NCBI RefSeq assembly: GCF_001457615.1
Contig: NZ_LN831024.1
Coordinates: 1,500,001 to 1,532,000, forward strand
DNA length: 32,000 bases
Reading direction: 5' to 3'
Source of the DNA: Pseudomonas aeruginosa
GTDB taxonomy: Bacteria > Pseudomonadota > Gammaproteobacteria > Pseudomonadales > Pseudomonadaceae
The notes under the pieces are model-generated. The model was given only the letters and a program-made list of their open reading frames with translations, was not told the DNA's origin and did no database searches. Each line of letters begins with the position of its first letter. Position 1 is the stretch's first letter. Positions 10,615 to 18,702 of this stretch are shown in pieces. The position numbers and the translations under genes are program-made.

Positions 10615-12599
10615 GCCTGTGCCTCGCGCTCGCGGAGCGCTTCGTGGAGGAAGAAGTCGAGGGTCTTGCCGATGGTCTCGCGCAGTTCGATGGTGGGCTG
10701 CCAGTCGAGCAGGCGCCGGGCGTTGTCGATGCTCGGCTTGCGGTGGGCCACGTCCTGGTAGCCGTCGCCGTAGAAGCTGCGGCTCTCCACCTCGCGGAAG
10801 CCGGCGAAGGGCGGGAACTGCGCGCGCAGCGGGTGGGCCTCGAACTGGCGCAGCAGTTCCTCGCCGAGCTGGCGGATGCTCGCCTCGTTGTCCGGGTTGC
10901 CGATGTTGACGATCTGCCCGTCGCAGCGGCCGTCGCGGTTGTCGATGATCCGCGCGAGGGCCTCGATGCCGTCGTCGACGTCGGTGAAGCAGCGCTTCTG
11001 CGCGCCGCCGTCGACCAGGCGGATCGGCGTGCCTTCGACCAGGTGCAGGATGAGCTGGGTGATCGCCCGCGAGCTGCCGATCCGCGCCGAATCCAGGCGG
11101 TCCAGGCGCGGGCCCATCCAGTTGAACGGACGGAACAGGGTGAAGCGCAGGCCCTGCTGGCCGTAGGCCCAGATCACCCGGTCGAGCAACTGCTTGGACA
11201 CCGAGTAGATCCAGCGCTGCTTGTTGATCGGCCCGACCACCAGGTTCGAGCGGTCTTCGTCGAAGTCCGGGTCCTGGCACATGCCGTAGACCTCGGAGGT
11301 GGAAGGGAACACCACGCGTTTGCCGTATTTCACGCAGTAGCGGACGATCCGCAGGTTTTCCTCGAAGTCCAGTTCGAACACCCGCAGCGGGTTGCGCGTG
11401 TACTCGATGGGCGTGGCGATGGCCACCAGCGGCAGGATCACGTCGCATTTCTTCACATGGTATTCGAGCCACTCCGAATGGATGCCGATGTCGCCTTCGA
11501 CGAAGTGGAAATGCGGGTCGGCCTTGAGCCGTTCGATGGCGTCGGAGCCGATGTCCATGCCGTGGACCTCGTAGCGACCGTCGCGCAGCAGGCGTTCGGA
11601 CAGGTGGTTGCCGATGAAGCCGTTGACCCCGAGGATCAGCACCCGCGTGCGGCGCTGCGGGCCGGACGCCGCGCCACGCAGGCGCGCGCCCTCGACCAGG
11701 CCCAGCTCGGTGGCCAGTTGCGTGCCGGCCAGGTACAGGCCGCGCTCGCCGCGCTGGCCGAAGCGCAGCACCAGCGAGTCCTCGCCGCAGGCGATCCGCA
11801 GCGGGTCGCAGGACAGTACGCTGCCCGGCTCGCGACCGTGGTTGCCGGCGACCACCTCGGCGCTCCAGACGATCAGCTTCTGTTCGCCGACCTGGCAGAA
11901 GGCGCCAGGGTAGGGCTGGGTCACCGCGCGCACCAGGTCGTACAACTGCCGTGCCGGCCTGTGCCAGTCGAGCAGGCCGTCCGCCGGGGTGCGCCGGCCG
12001 AAGTGGCTGGCCTGGCTCTCGTCCTGCTCGACTTCCGGCAGCACGCCGAGGGCGAGCAGCGGCAGGCTGTCGCGCAGCAGGGCGCCGGCGGCCTTGCGCA
12101 GCTTGCCGTGCAGGCTCAGGGCGGTGTCCTCGGGGTCGATGGCGACGGCCTGCTGGGCGAGGATCGGCCCGGCGTCGGCGCGCTCGATCATGCGATGCAG
12201 GGTCACCCCGGTCTGCGTTTCGCCGTTGACCAGCACCCAGTTCGCCGGGGCGCGTCCGCGGTAGCGCGGCAGCAGCGAACCGTGCAGGTTGTAGGCGCCG
12301 CGTGCGGCGCAGGCGAGCAGCTCGGCGCCGAGCAGGCGGCGGTAATAGAAGGAGAACAGGAAGTCCGGGCGCAGTTGGCGGATGCGCTCCAGCCACAGCG
12401 GATGGTTCACGTCCTCGGGCGCGTGCAGCGGAATGCCGCGCTCGGCGCAGAGGCGTGCGACCGAGGCGTAGAAGGTGTTTTCCCGTGGGTCGTCGGCATG
12501 GGTGAAGACGGCGGCGATCTCGTAGCCGGCATTGAGCAGGGCTTCGATACCGGTGCAACCGATGTCGTGGTAGGCGAAGACGACGGCTTTCGAGGTCAT
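10611..12599 (-). CDS. arnA: Bifunctional UDP-L-Ara4N formyltransferase / UDP-glucuronate oxidative decarboxylase ArnA, 662 aa
   Basis: The N-terminal formyltransferase domain carries [13 protein letters not shown]. The C-terminal SDR domain carries [10 protein letters not shown] (GxxGxxG) and YSVSK (YxxxK). The start overlaps the arnC stop (ATGA). Confidence 0.96.
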   Translation of the reverse strand: MTSKAVVFAYHDIGCTGIEALLNAGYEIAAVFTHADDPRENTFYASVARLCAERGIPLHAPEDVNHPLWLERIRQLRPDFLFSFYYRRLLGAELLACAARGAYNLHGSLLPRYRGRAPANWVLVNGETQTGVTLHRMIERADAGPILAQQAVAIDPEDTALSLHGKLRKAAGALLRDSLPLLALGVLPEVEQDESQASHFGRRTPADGLLDWHRPARQLYDLVRAVTQPYPGAFCQVGEQKLIVWSAEVVAGNHGREPGSVLSCDPLRIACGEDSLVLRFGQRGERGLYLAGTQLATELGLVEGARLRGAASGPQRRTRVLILGVNGFIGNHLSERLLRDGRYEVHGMDIGSDAIERLKADPHFHFVEGDIGIHSEWLEYHVKKCDVILPLVAIATPIEYTRNPLRVFELDFEENLRIVRYCVKYGKRVVFPSTSEVYGMCQDPDFDEDRSNLVVGPINKQRWIYSVSKQLLDRVIWAYGQQGLRFTLFRPFNWMGPRLDRLDSARIGSSRAITQLILHLVEGTPIRLVDGGAQKRCFTDVDDGIEALARIIDNRDGRCDGQIVNIGNPDNEASIRQLGEELLRQFEAHPLRAQFPPFAGFREVESRSFYGDGYQDVAHRKPSIDNARRLLDWQPTIELRETIGKTLDFFLHEALREREAQA

Positions 12600-13615
12600 G
12601 GCGTGGAAGGCTCGCTGGATGAAGAGGTGAAACCGGCCCGCTGCAGGGCCGAGGGAAGCGCGGAGGGCGTGGCGCGGACCACGCGCTCGATGAAGAAGCG
12701 CGGCCGCGCGCGCACGTCGCTGTACATGCGCCCGAGGTACTCGCCGAGCAGGCCCATGCCGAGCAACTGCACGCCGCTGAACATGAACAGCACGGCGAAC
12801 AGCACGAACAGGCCGTTGCCGGCCCAGGCGGCGCCGAAGGCCAGGCGCAGCACGAGGAGGAACAGGGCGAAGAGGAAGCCGGCCAGGGCCATGCCGCCGC
12901 CGACCAGGCTGAGCAGGCGCAGCGGCGTGGTGGTCATGCAGGTGACCAGGTCGAACATCAGGTTGAGCAGGCGCATCGCGCTGTATTTCGATTCGCCGTG
13001 GGCGCGCTCGGCGTGGGCGACGCGGATCTCGCAGGTATGCCGGGCGAAGCCGTTGGCCAGGATCGGGATGAAGGTACTGCGTTCGCGGCAGGCCAGCATC
13101 GCTTCGACGATGCTGCGCCGGTAGGCGCGCAGCATGCAGCCGTAGTCGTGCATGGCGACCCCGGTGGAGCGCTGCACCGCCAGGTTCACCAGGCGCGAAG
13201 GCCAGCGCCGCCAGGCCGAGTCCTGGCGCTCGGCGCGGATGCTGCCGACCACGTCGTAGCCCTGCGCGGCGCGCTCCACCAGGCGCGGGATTTCCTCCGG
13301 CGGGTTCTGCAGGTCGGCATCGAGGGTGATCACCAGGTCGCCACGGGACTGCTCGAAGCCGGCGAGGATCGCCGCGTGCTGGCCGTAGTTGCGGTTGAGG
13401 ATCACCGCCACCACGGCGCTGCCGTCGCGTTCGGCGGCGGCCTGCAAGAGTTCCGCGGAGCGGTCGCGGCTGCCGTCGTCGACCAGCACGATCTCGAAGG
13501 CGCGGCCCAGCTCCAGGCAGGCGGCCTCGGTGCGGCGCAGCAGTTCGGGCAGGCTGGCTTCCTCGTTGTAGACCGGGATCACCACCGAGACCAGGTCGAT
13601 CGGATAGGGCTTCAT
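12596..13615 (-). CDS. arnC: Undecaprenyl-phosphate 4-deoxy-4-formamido-L-arabinose transferase ArnC (GT2), 339 aa
   Basis: The track ORF 12596-13720 is over-extended. The start [19 protein letters not shown] at 13615 forms an ATGA overlap with the arnB stop. GT2 signatures VVIPVYNEE and [10 protein letters not shown] are present, and there are two C-terminal TM helices. Confidence 0.93.
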   Translation of the reverse strand: MKPYPIDLVSVVIPVYNEEASLPELLRRTEAACLELGRAFEIVLVDDGSRDRSAELLQAAAERDGSAVVAVILNRNYGQHAAILAGFEQSRGDLVITLDADLQNPPEEIPRLVERAAQGYDVVGSIRAERQDSAWRRWPSRLVNLAVQRSTGVAMHDYGCMLRAYRRSIVEAMLACRERSTFIPILANGFARHTCEIRVAHAERAHGESKYSAMRLLNLMFDLVTCMTTTPLRLLSLVGGGMALAGFLFALFLLVLRLAFGAAWAGNGLFVLFAVLFMFSGVQLLGMGLLGEYLGRMYSDVRARPRFFIERVVRATPSALPSALQRAGFTSSSSEPSTP

Positions 13616-14760
13616 CGACGTTTCTCCAGGATGTCCTCGATGGCGCGGGCGACGCGCTCGATGTCGTCGTCGCGCATGTCGGGGAACAGCGGGATGGAGC
13701 ACAGGCGGGCCGAGTTCCACTCGCTGTTGGGCAGGCTCAGGCGCGGCTGGCGCTGGCGGTAGTAGTGGTGCAGGTGACTGGCGATGAAATGGATGCCGCT
13801 ACCGATGCCGCGCGCCTTCAGGGCTTCCATGAAGGCGTCGCGGCCCAGGCCGCAGGCCTCGGCGTCGATGCGCAGGATGAACAGGTGCCAGGCGTGGCGC
13901 TGCTTGTGCGCGGGCAGGCCGAGCGGCGCCAGCGGCAGGCCGGCGAGGCGCTCCAGGTAGCGTTCGGCGAGGGCCTGGCGGCGCGCGTTGAGCGCGTCCA
14001 GGCGCTTGAGCTGGACCAGCGCGAGGGCGGCGTTGAGGTCGGCCAGGTTGTATTTGAAACCGGGCTCGATCACTTCCGCCTGCGGCTTGCGTCCATGGCT
14101 CAGGCGGTCGTAGGCATCGACCCCGAGGCCGTGGAACTTGAGGCGGCGGACCCGTTCGGCGAGGGCGCTGTCGTCGCTGACGAACATCGCGCCTTCGGCG
14201 CAGGTCAGGTTCTTGATCGCGTGGAAGGAAAAGATCGCCGTGCCGCGGGAGCCTACCGGGCGCCCGCGGTATTCGCTGCCGACCGCGTGGGCGGCGTCCT
14301 CGACCAGGGCGATGCCGTGGCGCCCGGCGACCGTGCGCAGGCCTTCGAGATCCAGGGTGGAGCCGGCGTAGTGCACCGGCACGATGGCGCGGGTGCGCGG
14401 GCCGATGGCGGCTTCCACTGCCTGCGCCGAACACATCAGGGTGTCGCGGTCGACGTCGACGAACACCGGGGTGGCGCCGAGCAGGGTGATGACGTTGGCG
14501 GTGGAGACCCAGGTCAGCGACGGCGTGATCACTTCGTCGCCGGGGCCGATGCCCAGCGCCAGCAGGGTGACGTGCAGGGCGCCGGTGGCCGAGGATAGCG
14601 CCACCGCGTGGCGGCAGCCGAGGCGTTCGGCGAAGCGCTGTTCGAGCTCCTGGTTCTTCGGCCCGGTGGTGATCCAGCCGGAACGCAGGACCTGCTCCAC
14701 GGCGGCGATTTCGTCCTCGCCGATGCTTGGCCGGGAGAATGGCAGAAAGTCCAGTGACAT
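13612..14760 (-). CDS. arnB: UDP-4-amino-4-deoxy-L-arabinose:2-oxoglutarate aminotransferase ArnB (DegT/DnrJ/EryC1 family), 382 aa
   Basis: Full-length ORF and first gene of the operon. The PLP-lysine context is SFHAIKNLT. The family-typical N-terminus is [16 protein letters not shown]. The SD GAGG lies about 10 nt upstream. Confidence 0.96.
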   Translation of the reverse strand: MSLDFLPFSRPSIGEDEIAAVEQVLRSGWITTGPKNQELEQRFAERLGCRHAVALSSATGALHVTLLALGIGPGDEVITPSLTWVSTANVITLLGATPVFVDVDRDTLMCSAQAVEAAIGPRTRAIVPVHYAGSTLDLEGLRTVAGRHGIALVEDAAHAVGSEYRGRPVGSRGTAIFSFHAIKNLTCAEGAMFVSDDSALAERVRRLKFHGLGVDAYDRLSHGRKPQAEVIEPGFKYNLADLNAALALVQLKRLDALNARRQALAERYLERLAGLPLAPLGLPAHKQRHAWHLFILRIDAEACGLGRDAFMEALKARGIGSGIHFIASHLHHYYRQRQPRLSLPNSEWNSARLCSIPLFPDMRDDDIERVARAIEDILEKRR

Positions 14761-14802
14761 GTAATGAAGCCTCGGTACTGGGAGGGCGGTACGAAGAGGT
14801 TA

Positions 14803-14873
14803 TTTATATGTCGCTGAATGCTGCCTGAACGTTTGTTAAGACTCGCTTAACAACGGCTGAATGAAGACTGAAC
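14803..14873 (-). promoter_or_regulatory. arnB promoter with three phased 17-bp direct-repeat boxes (PhoP-like, PmrA-like, PhoP-like) and a -10-like TATAAA
   Basis: On the gene-sense strand the boxes read GTTCAG-tcttc-ATTCAG (14873-14857), GTTAAG-cgagt-CTTAAC (14851-14835) and GTTCAG-gcagc-ATTCAG (14830-14814), followed by TATAAA (14808-14803). The proximal box occupies the -35 position. These match the hexamer-N5-hexamer PhoP (GTTCAG) and PmrA (CTTAAG) repeats described for P. aeruginosa, as I recall them. Confidence 0.6.
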
Positions 14874-15094
14874 GAACTCGAAGAAACTGGAGGATAAAGC
14901 CGGAAGCCTAGTTTTCAGGGGCTTGCAGGGTTGGTTGGAAAGGATCTCGGGTGTTTTCTGAGTGGCTTTTATTAATAACCCGAGTCCTGTTTCTTTAAGG
15001 GTTCATTAATACTCGATGTCCGCTCCCCGTGAATATTCCGGAAACTTCATGGAAACATGGGGAGGGCCAGGGAAAGTCAATCCCGTAGGTTGTC

Positions 15095-15136
15095 GGAAAA
15101 AAACAGCCCCCTGGCGGATCGCTCCGCCAGGGGGCC
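15095..15136 (-). terminator. Rho-independent terminator of the alginate operon (after algA)
   Basis: Beginning 12 nt after the algA stop, the minus strand reads GCCCCCTGGCGG-AGCGAT-CCGCCAGGGGGC. This is a perfect 12-bp GC-rich stem (15135-15106), followed by TGTTTTTTT (the A-run on the plus strand at 15097-15103). Confidence 0.88.
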
Positions 15137-15147
15137 GGGTCGACGCT

Positions 15148-16593
15148 TCAGCGGCTGCCGGCGACCACTTGCAGGGCCGGTTCGGCGGTGCGCCCGTAGA
15201 CGTCTTCCAGGCGCTCGATGTCGTCCTCGCCGAGGTAGCTGCCGGACTGCACCTCGATGATCTCCAGCGGGATCTTGCCGGGGTTGGCCAGGCGGTGCAC
15301 GGAGGCGATCGGGATGTAGGTCGACTGGTTCTCGGTGAGCAGGAAGGTCTTGTCGTCGCAGGTCACCTGGGCGGTCCCGGAAACCACGATCCAGTGCTCG
15401 GCGCGGTGGTGGTGCATCTGCAGCGAGAGGCGCGCGCCGGGCTTCACGGTGATGTGCTTGACCTGGAAGCGGCCGCCCATGTCCACCGAGTCGTAGGAGC
15501 CCCACGGACGGTAGACCTCGCAGTGGTTCTGGGTCTCGCTGCGGCCCTGGGCGTCGAGGTCCTTGACCACGTGCTTGACGTCCTGCACCCGGTCCTTGTG
15601 GGCGATCATCATGGCGTCCTTGGTTTCCACCACCACGATGTCCTCCAGGCCGATCACCGAGACCAGCTTGCCGTTGCCGTGCACCAGGCAGTTGTGGCTG
15701 TCGTGGACCAGCACGTCGCCCTTGGTGACGTTGCCGTTGGCGTCCTTGGCGTGCACGTCCCAGATCGACGACCAGCTGCCGACATCGTTCCAGCCGGCGG
15801 ACAGCGGCACCACGCAGGCGCGTGAGGTCTTCTCCATCACCGCGTAGTCGATGGAGTTGTCCGGGCAGCATTCGAAGGTGGCGGCGTCGATGTTCACCAG
15901 GTCGCCGTCGTGCTGGCTGCGCTCCAGGGCCAGCAGGCAGGTGTCGTAGATGTCGGCGTCGTGCTTCTTCAGTTCTTCCAGGTAGCGGCTGGCGCGGAAC
16001 AGGAACATGCCGCTGTTCCAGTAGTAGCCGCCGGCGGCGACGAACTCGCGGGCGCGGGCTTCGTCGGGCTTCTCGACGAAGCTCTGCACCCGGCTGACGC
16101 CTTCCGGCAGTTGCGCATCGGCGCTCGCGCGGATGTAGCCGTAGCCGGTCTCGGGGCGGCTGGCGGGAATGCCGAAGAGCACCATCTCGCCCTTTTCGGC
16201 GGCGTTGGTGGCCAGCGCCAGGGCCTGCTGGAAGGCGCGCTGGTCCTCGATCACGTGGTCGGCGGGAAGGATCAGCAGCAGTTCGTCGCGGCCTTCGGCG
16301 ACCAGTTTCATCGCGGCGATGGCCACCGCCGGCGCCGTGTTGCGGCCGAAGGGTTCGAGGAGGATCGCCTGGCTCGCCAGGTTCTGTGCCTCCAGCTGTT
16401 CCTGGACGATGAAGCGGTGCTCCTTGTTGCACACCAGCAGCGGTGCCTGCATGCCGTCGAAGGCCAGGCGCTTGATGGTCTGCTGGAACAGGGTGTCGTC
16501 GCCGGTGAGGGCGAGGAACTGCTTGGGGTACTGCTTGCGGGAAAGAGGCCAGAGTCGCGAGCCGCTGCCACCGGAAAGGATTACTGGGATCAT
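15148..16593 (-). CDS. algA: Bifunctional phosphomannose isomerase / GDP-mannose pyrophosphorylase AlgA, 481 aa
   Basis: The track ORF is over-extended by 25 codons. The start MIPVILSGGSGSRLWPLSR at 16593 is preceded by AAGGAG. It has the nucleotidyl-transferase motif GGSGSRLWPLSR, the FVEKPD motif, and a C-terminal cupin PMI motif QMHHHRAEHWIVV. Confidence 0.96.
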   Translation of the reverse strand: MIPVILSGGSGSRLWPLSRKQYPKQFLALTGDDTLFQQTIKRLAFDGMQAPLLVCNKEHRFIVQEQLEAQNLASQAILLEPFGRNTAPAVAIAAMKLVAEGRDELLLILPADHVIEDQRAFQQALALATNAAEKGEMVLFGIPASRPETGYGYIRASADAQLPEGVSRVQSFVEKPDEARAREFVAAGGYYWNSGMFLFRASRYLEELKKHDADIYDTCLLALERSQHDGDLVNIDAATFECCPDNSIDYAVMEKTSRACVVPLSAGWNDVGSWSSIWDVHAKDANGNVTKGDVLVHDSHNCLVHGNGKLVSVIGLEDIVVVETKDAMMIAHKDRVQDVKHVVKDLDAQGRSETQNHCEVYRPWGSYDSVDMGGRFQVKHITVKPGARLSLQMHHHRAEHWIVVSGTAQVTCDDKTFLLTENQSTYIPIASVHRLANPGKIPLEIIEVQSGSYLGEDDIERLEDVYGRTAEPALQVVAGSR

Positions 16594-16789
16594 GTTGTTT
16601 CTCCTTGAAGCGATGCGTCTGTCTAGGGATCCCGCCGCGCGGCGGGATATCTCGTTACCGGGCTCCACGGAGCCCCGGGTGACCTCTCCAGTGCGCTCCT
16701 TCTGCGGGAGCGCTGACGGTTGGTGCGCCGGTGTCGGGCCGGTCTTGTTGTGTGGAATGCCGGGAGGGGCGAGCCTCTCCCGGTCGGTC

Positions 16790-17440
16790 TCAGTCCGCCT
16801 TCACCGGGCGCTTGACCCAGACCGGCGCGAGCTTGCCGCCGCTGCCGGTGACGTACAGGCAGACCACCTCGCCGCGGGCCAGGGTGACTGGCTTCAGGTC
16901 GCTGACCTTCTTGCTGCCGTCGAACAGCGCCAGGTTCACCTTCACCGGGTTGATCTCGCGGTCGCCGTGGCTTTGCGGGCCGACGTCCTTGACCACGTCG
17001 GTCTTGCCGTCGGCGGTCTTCAGGGTCAGCTTCGAGCCGCTGAGGTTCTGCACCCGTACCAGCGCCTTCTGCTTGTTCTTGAACGGCGGCTCGGCCACCA
17101 GCTGCGGCTTGCCGCCGGGCTGGCTGACCAGGGTGTAGTAGCTGTCCGGGTCGAGCTTGACCGGCAGGCTCTGCTGGCCGACCTGGGCGGTGTAGCTGCC
17201 GGGGGGGAGGAACTTGAAGTCGCTGGAACCGAGCGGCGCGACGTCGTTCAGGCTGGTGCTGCCGACCGACACGTCGAGTTCGCTGTTGCCGGCGTTGTAG
17301 GCGCGGACGAAGGCCGAGCCCTTGGGTGCCTGGGGCCCGTACAGGGCGCCCTCGTCGGCCTGCGCGGCGAATGCGGCGACGCCGAGGGAAAGTGCGCAGG
17401 CCAGGCGGGTCCAGGTGTGGCGGCGGGTCATCGGGTTCAT
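16790..17440 (-). CDS. algF: Alginate O-acetylation protein AlgF (periplasmic), 216 aa
   Basis: It has the signal peptide MNPMTRRHTWTRLACALSLGVAAFAAQA and the SD GGAGG at 17452-17448. It sits between algJ and algA. Identity is recalled from PA3550. Confidence 0.93.
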   Translation of the reverse strand: MNPMTRRHTWTRLACALSLGVAAFAAQADEGALYGPQAPKGSAFVRAYNAGNSELDVSVGSTSLNDVAPLGSSDFKFLPPGSYTAQVGQQSLPVKLDPDSYYTLVSQPGGKPQLVAEPPFKNKQKALVRVQNLSGSKLTLKTADGKTDVVKDVGPQSHGDREINPVKVNLALFDGSKKVSDLKPVTLARGEVVCLYVTGSGGKLAPVWVKRPVKAD

Positions 17441-17512
17441 GGGTATTCCTCCGTTGCTTCTTCTTCAGCGGGGCGCTCGGCCCCGTGGGTAAACAGCCTT
17501 GGCTGTGTTCGT

Positions 17513-18688
17513 TCAATCGTTGCGGCTGGCGGCCAGGCGCTCATCGCGGCCGCCGCTGGCCTTCAGCTGGGCGACCCAGTCGGCGTCGAACTGGCTGAGG
17601 TCGCTGGCCATCGGCAGGTAGCGCTCGGGAAACTCCCAGACCAGCAGTTGCGGCGGGTCCTTGCGGAAGCCTTCGTCCTGCAGCAGTTCCAGCATCGGTT
17701 CGAGGGGGCCCTTGCCTTCCTTCGCGTAATTGATCAGGTCGGCGGACAGCGCCTGTTTCAGCGCGCCCTCGAAGTTCCACCTGGGGTTGGCGCTGTAGCT
17801 GGTGCCGACCAGCGCCAGGCGCGGTTGCTGGCTATCGCCGAAGAGGTCGTCGCCCGCGCCGGACTGCTGGCCGCCCGGCAGTGCCGGCGCGGCTTCGGTG
17901 GTGCGTTGCTGCAACTGCTCCGGACGCGGCAGCAGTTCGTCGAACAGTGGGTCGAGCGGCAGGAAGCTGAGCAGGTCGCCCTTGTGCGTGCGTTCTTCGC
18001 CGACGCGGGTGACGAAGTTCTGCGCCGGCACATCCAGCAGGTGTGTCTCGCGGATCTCCGCGCCGAGGCGCTGGGCCACGGTTTCCGCGCCGAGCGGCGA
18101 CCAGTGGGTGTCGGTGCGCAGGAACACCGCGCCGTTGTCCTTGGCCTGGCGCAGGCTGCCGAGCAGGTCGGGACTGTCGATGCCGGCGGCGCGGGCGCGG
18201 GCCAGGAAGTCCTGGTAGAGGCTGTCGTGCAGCGCGGCCGGCTGCTCGCGGCCGATGTGCTCGGGATACAGGCGGGCCTTGGCCGGGATCACCGCGAGCA
18301 CCAGCTTGACGCCGCGCCGATTCAGCTCCCGCTGCACGCCGCGTACCAGTGCCCAGTTGTCTTCCAGTTGCTGGCCGCTCGGTGCCGGCTTGAACTCTTC
18401 GTCGGTGAACAGCCAGCCGTCCTTGCCGATCACCACGCCGGGGCGGCCTTCGTGGAACAGCGTGTAGTCGAGTGCGGCCCAGAGGTTGGTGCCCAGGCGC
18501 TTGATCGGGAATTCCTTGTCGTAGTGGGCTTCGAAGGCGTGCGCCAGCTTGCCGTTGAGCAGTGGCGTATCGGCCGCGGCAGAGAAGCCCGGCACGCTCT
18601 TCAGCGACCATCCGGCGAGCCCCAGCAGCAGCCCGCCGAAGGCGGCGATATAGGCGTATTGCAGGGGGCGGGAAATGCTCTGTGTCAT
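17513..18688 (-). CDS. algJ: Alginate O-acetyltransferase AlgJ (membrane-anchored SGNH-like), 391 aa
   Basis: The track ORF 17513-20140 is over-extended through algI in another frame. The start MTQSISRPLQYAYIAAFGGLLLGLAGW (N-terminal anchor) is at 18688, 14 nt after the algI stop. The catalytic-type motifs DTHWSPLGA and LVGTSYS are shared with AlgX. Confidence 0.93.
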   Translation of the reverse strand: MTQSISRPLQYAYIAAFGGLLLGLAGWSLKSVPGFSAAADTPLLNGKLAHAFEAHYDKEFPIKRLGTNLWAALDYTLFHEGRPGVVIGKDGWLFTDEEFKPAPSGQQLEDNWALVRGVQRELNRRGVKLVLAVIPAKARLYPEHIGREQPAALHDSLYQDFLARARAAGIDSPDLLGSLRQAKDNGAVFLRTDTHWSPLGAETVAQRLGAEIRETHLLDVPAQNFVTRVGEERTHKGDLLSFLPLDPLFDELLPRPEQLQQRTTEAAPALPGGQQSGAGDDLFGDSQQPRLALVGTSYSANPRWNFEGALKQALSADLINYAKEGKGPLEPMLELLQDEGFRKDPPQLLVWEFPERYLPMASDLSQFDADWVAQLKASGGRDERLAASRND

Positions 18689-18702
18689 GGCGTGGGCCTC
18701 GC

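Noticed and set aside
9727-12558. Apparent 943-aa protein, and similar long ORFs at 8081-10210, 17513-20140, 23039-25924, 24691-27276, 12596-13720 and 7737-8237, suggesting giant or fused genes
   Set aside because: The N-terminal portions are Arg/Pro-rich read-through of the upstream gene in another frame. Each has an internal start that overlaps or abuts the upstream stop codon, restores a signal peptide or conserved N-terminus, and gives the protein length expected for arnD, arnT, algJ, algG, algE, arnC and arnE.
15006-15050. 14-codon minus-strand sORF (MKFPEYSRGADIEY) in the low-GC spacer upstream of arnB, considered as a possible leader peptide
   Set aside because: There is no Shine-Dalgarno sequence (the upstream sequence is CCCCATGTTTCC). 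It lies about 250 nt upstream of the arnB start, on the far side of the predicted promoter boxes. There is no obvious attenuator coupling. An ORF of this size is expected by chance in AT-rich DNA.
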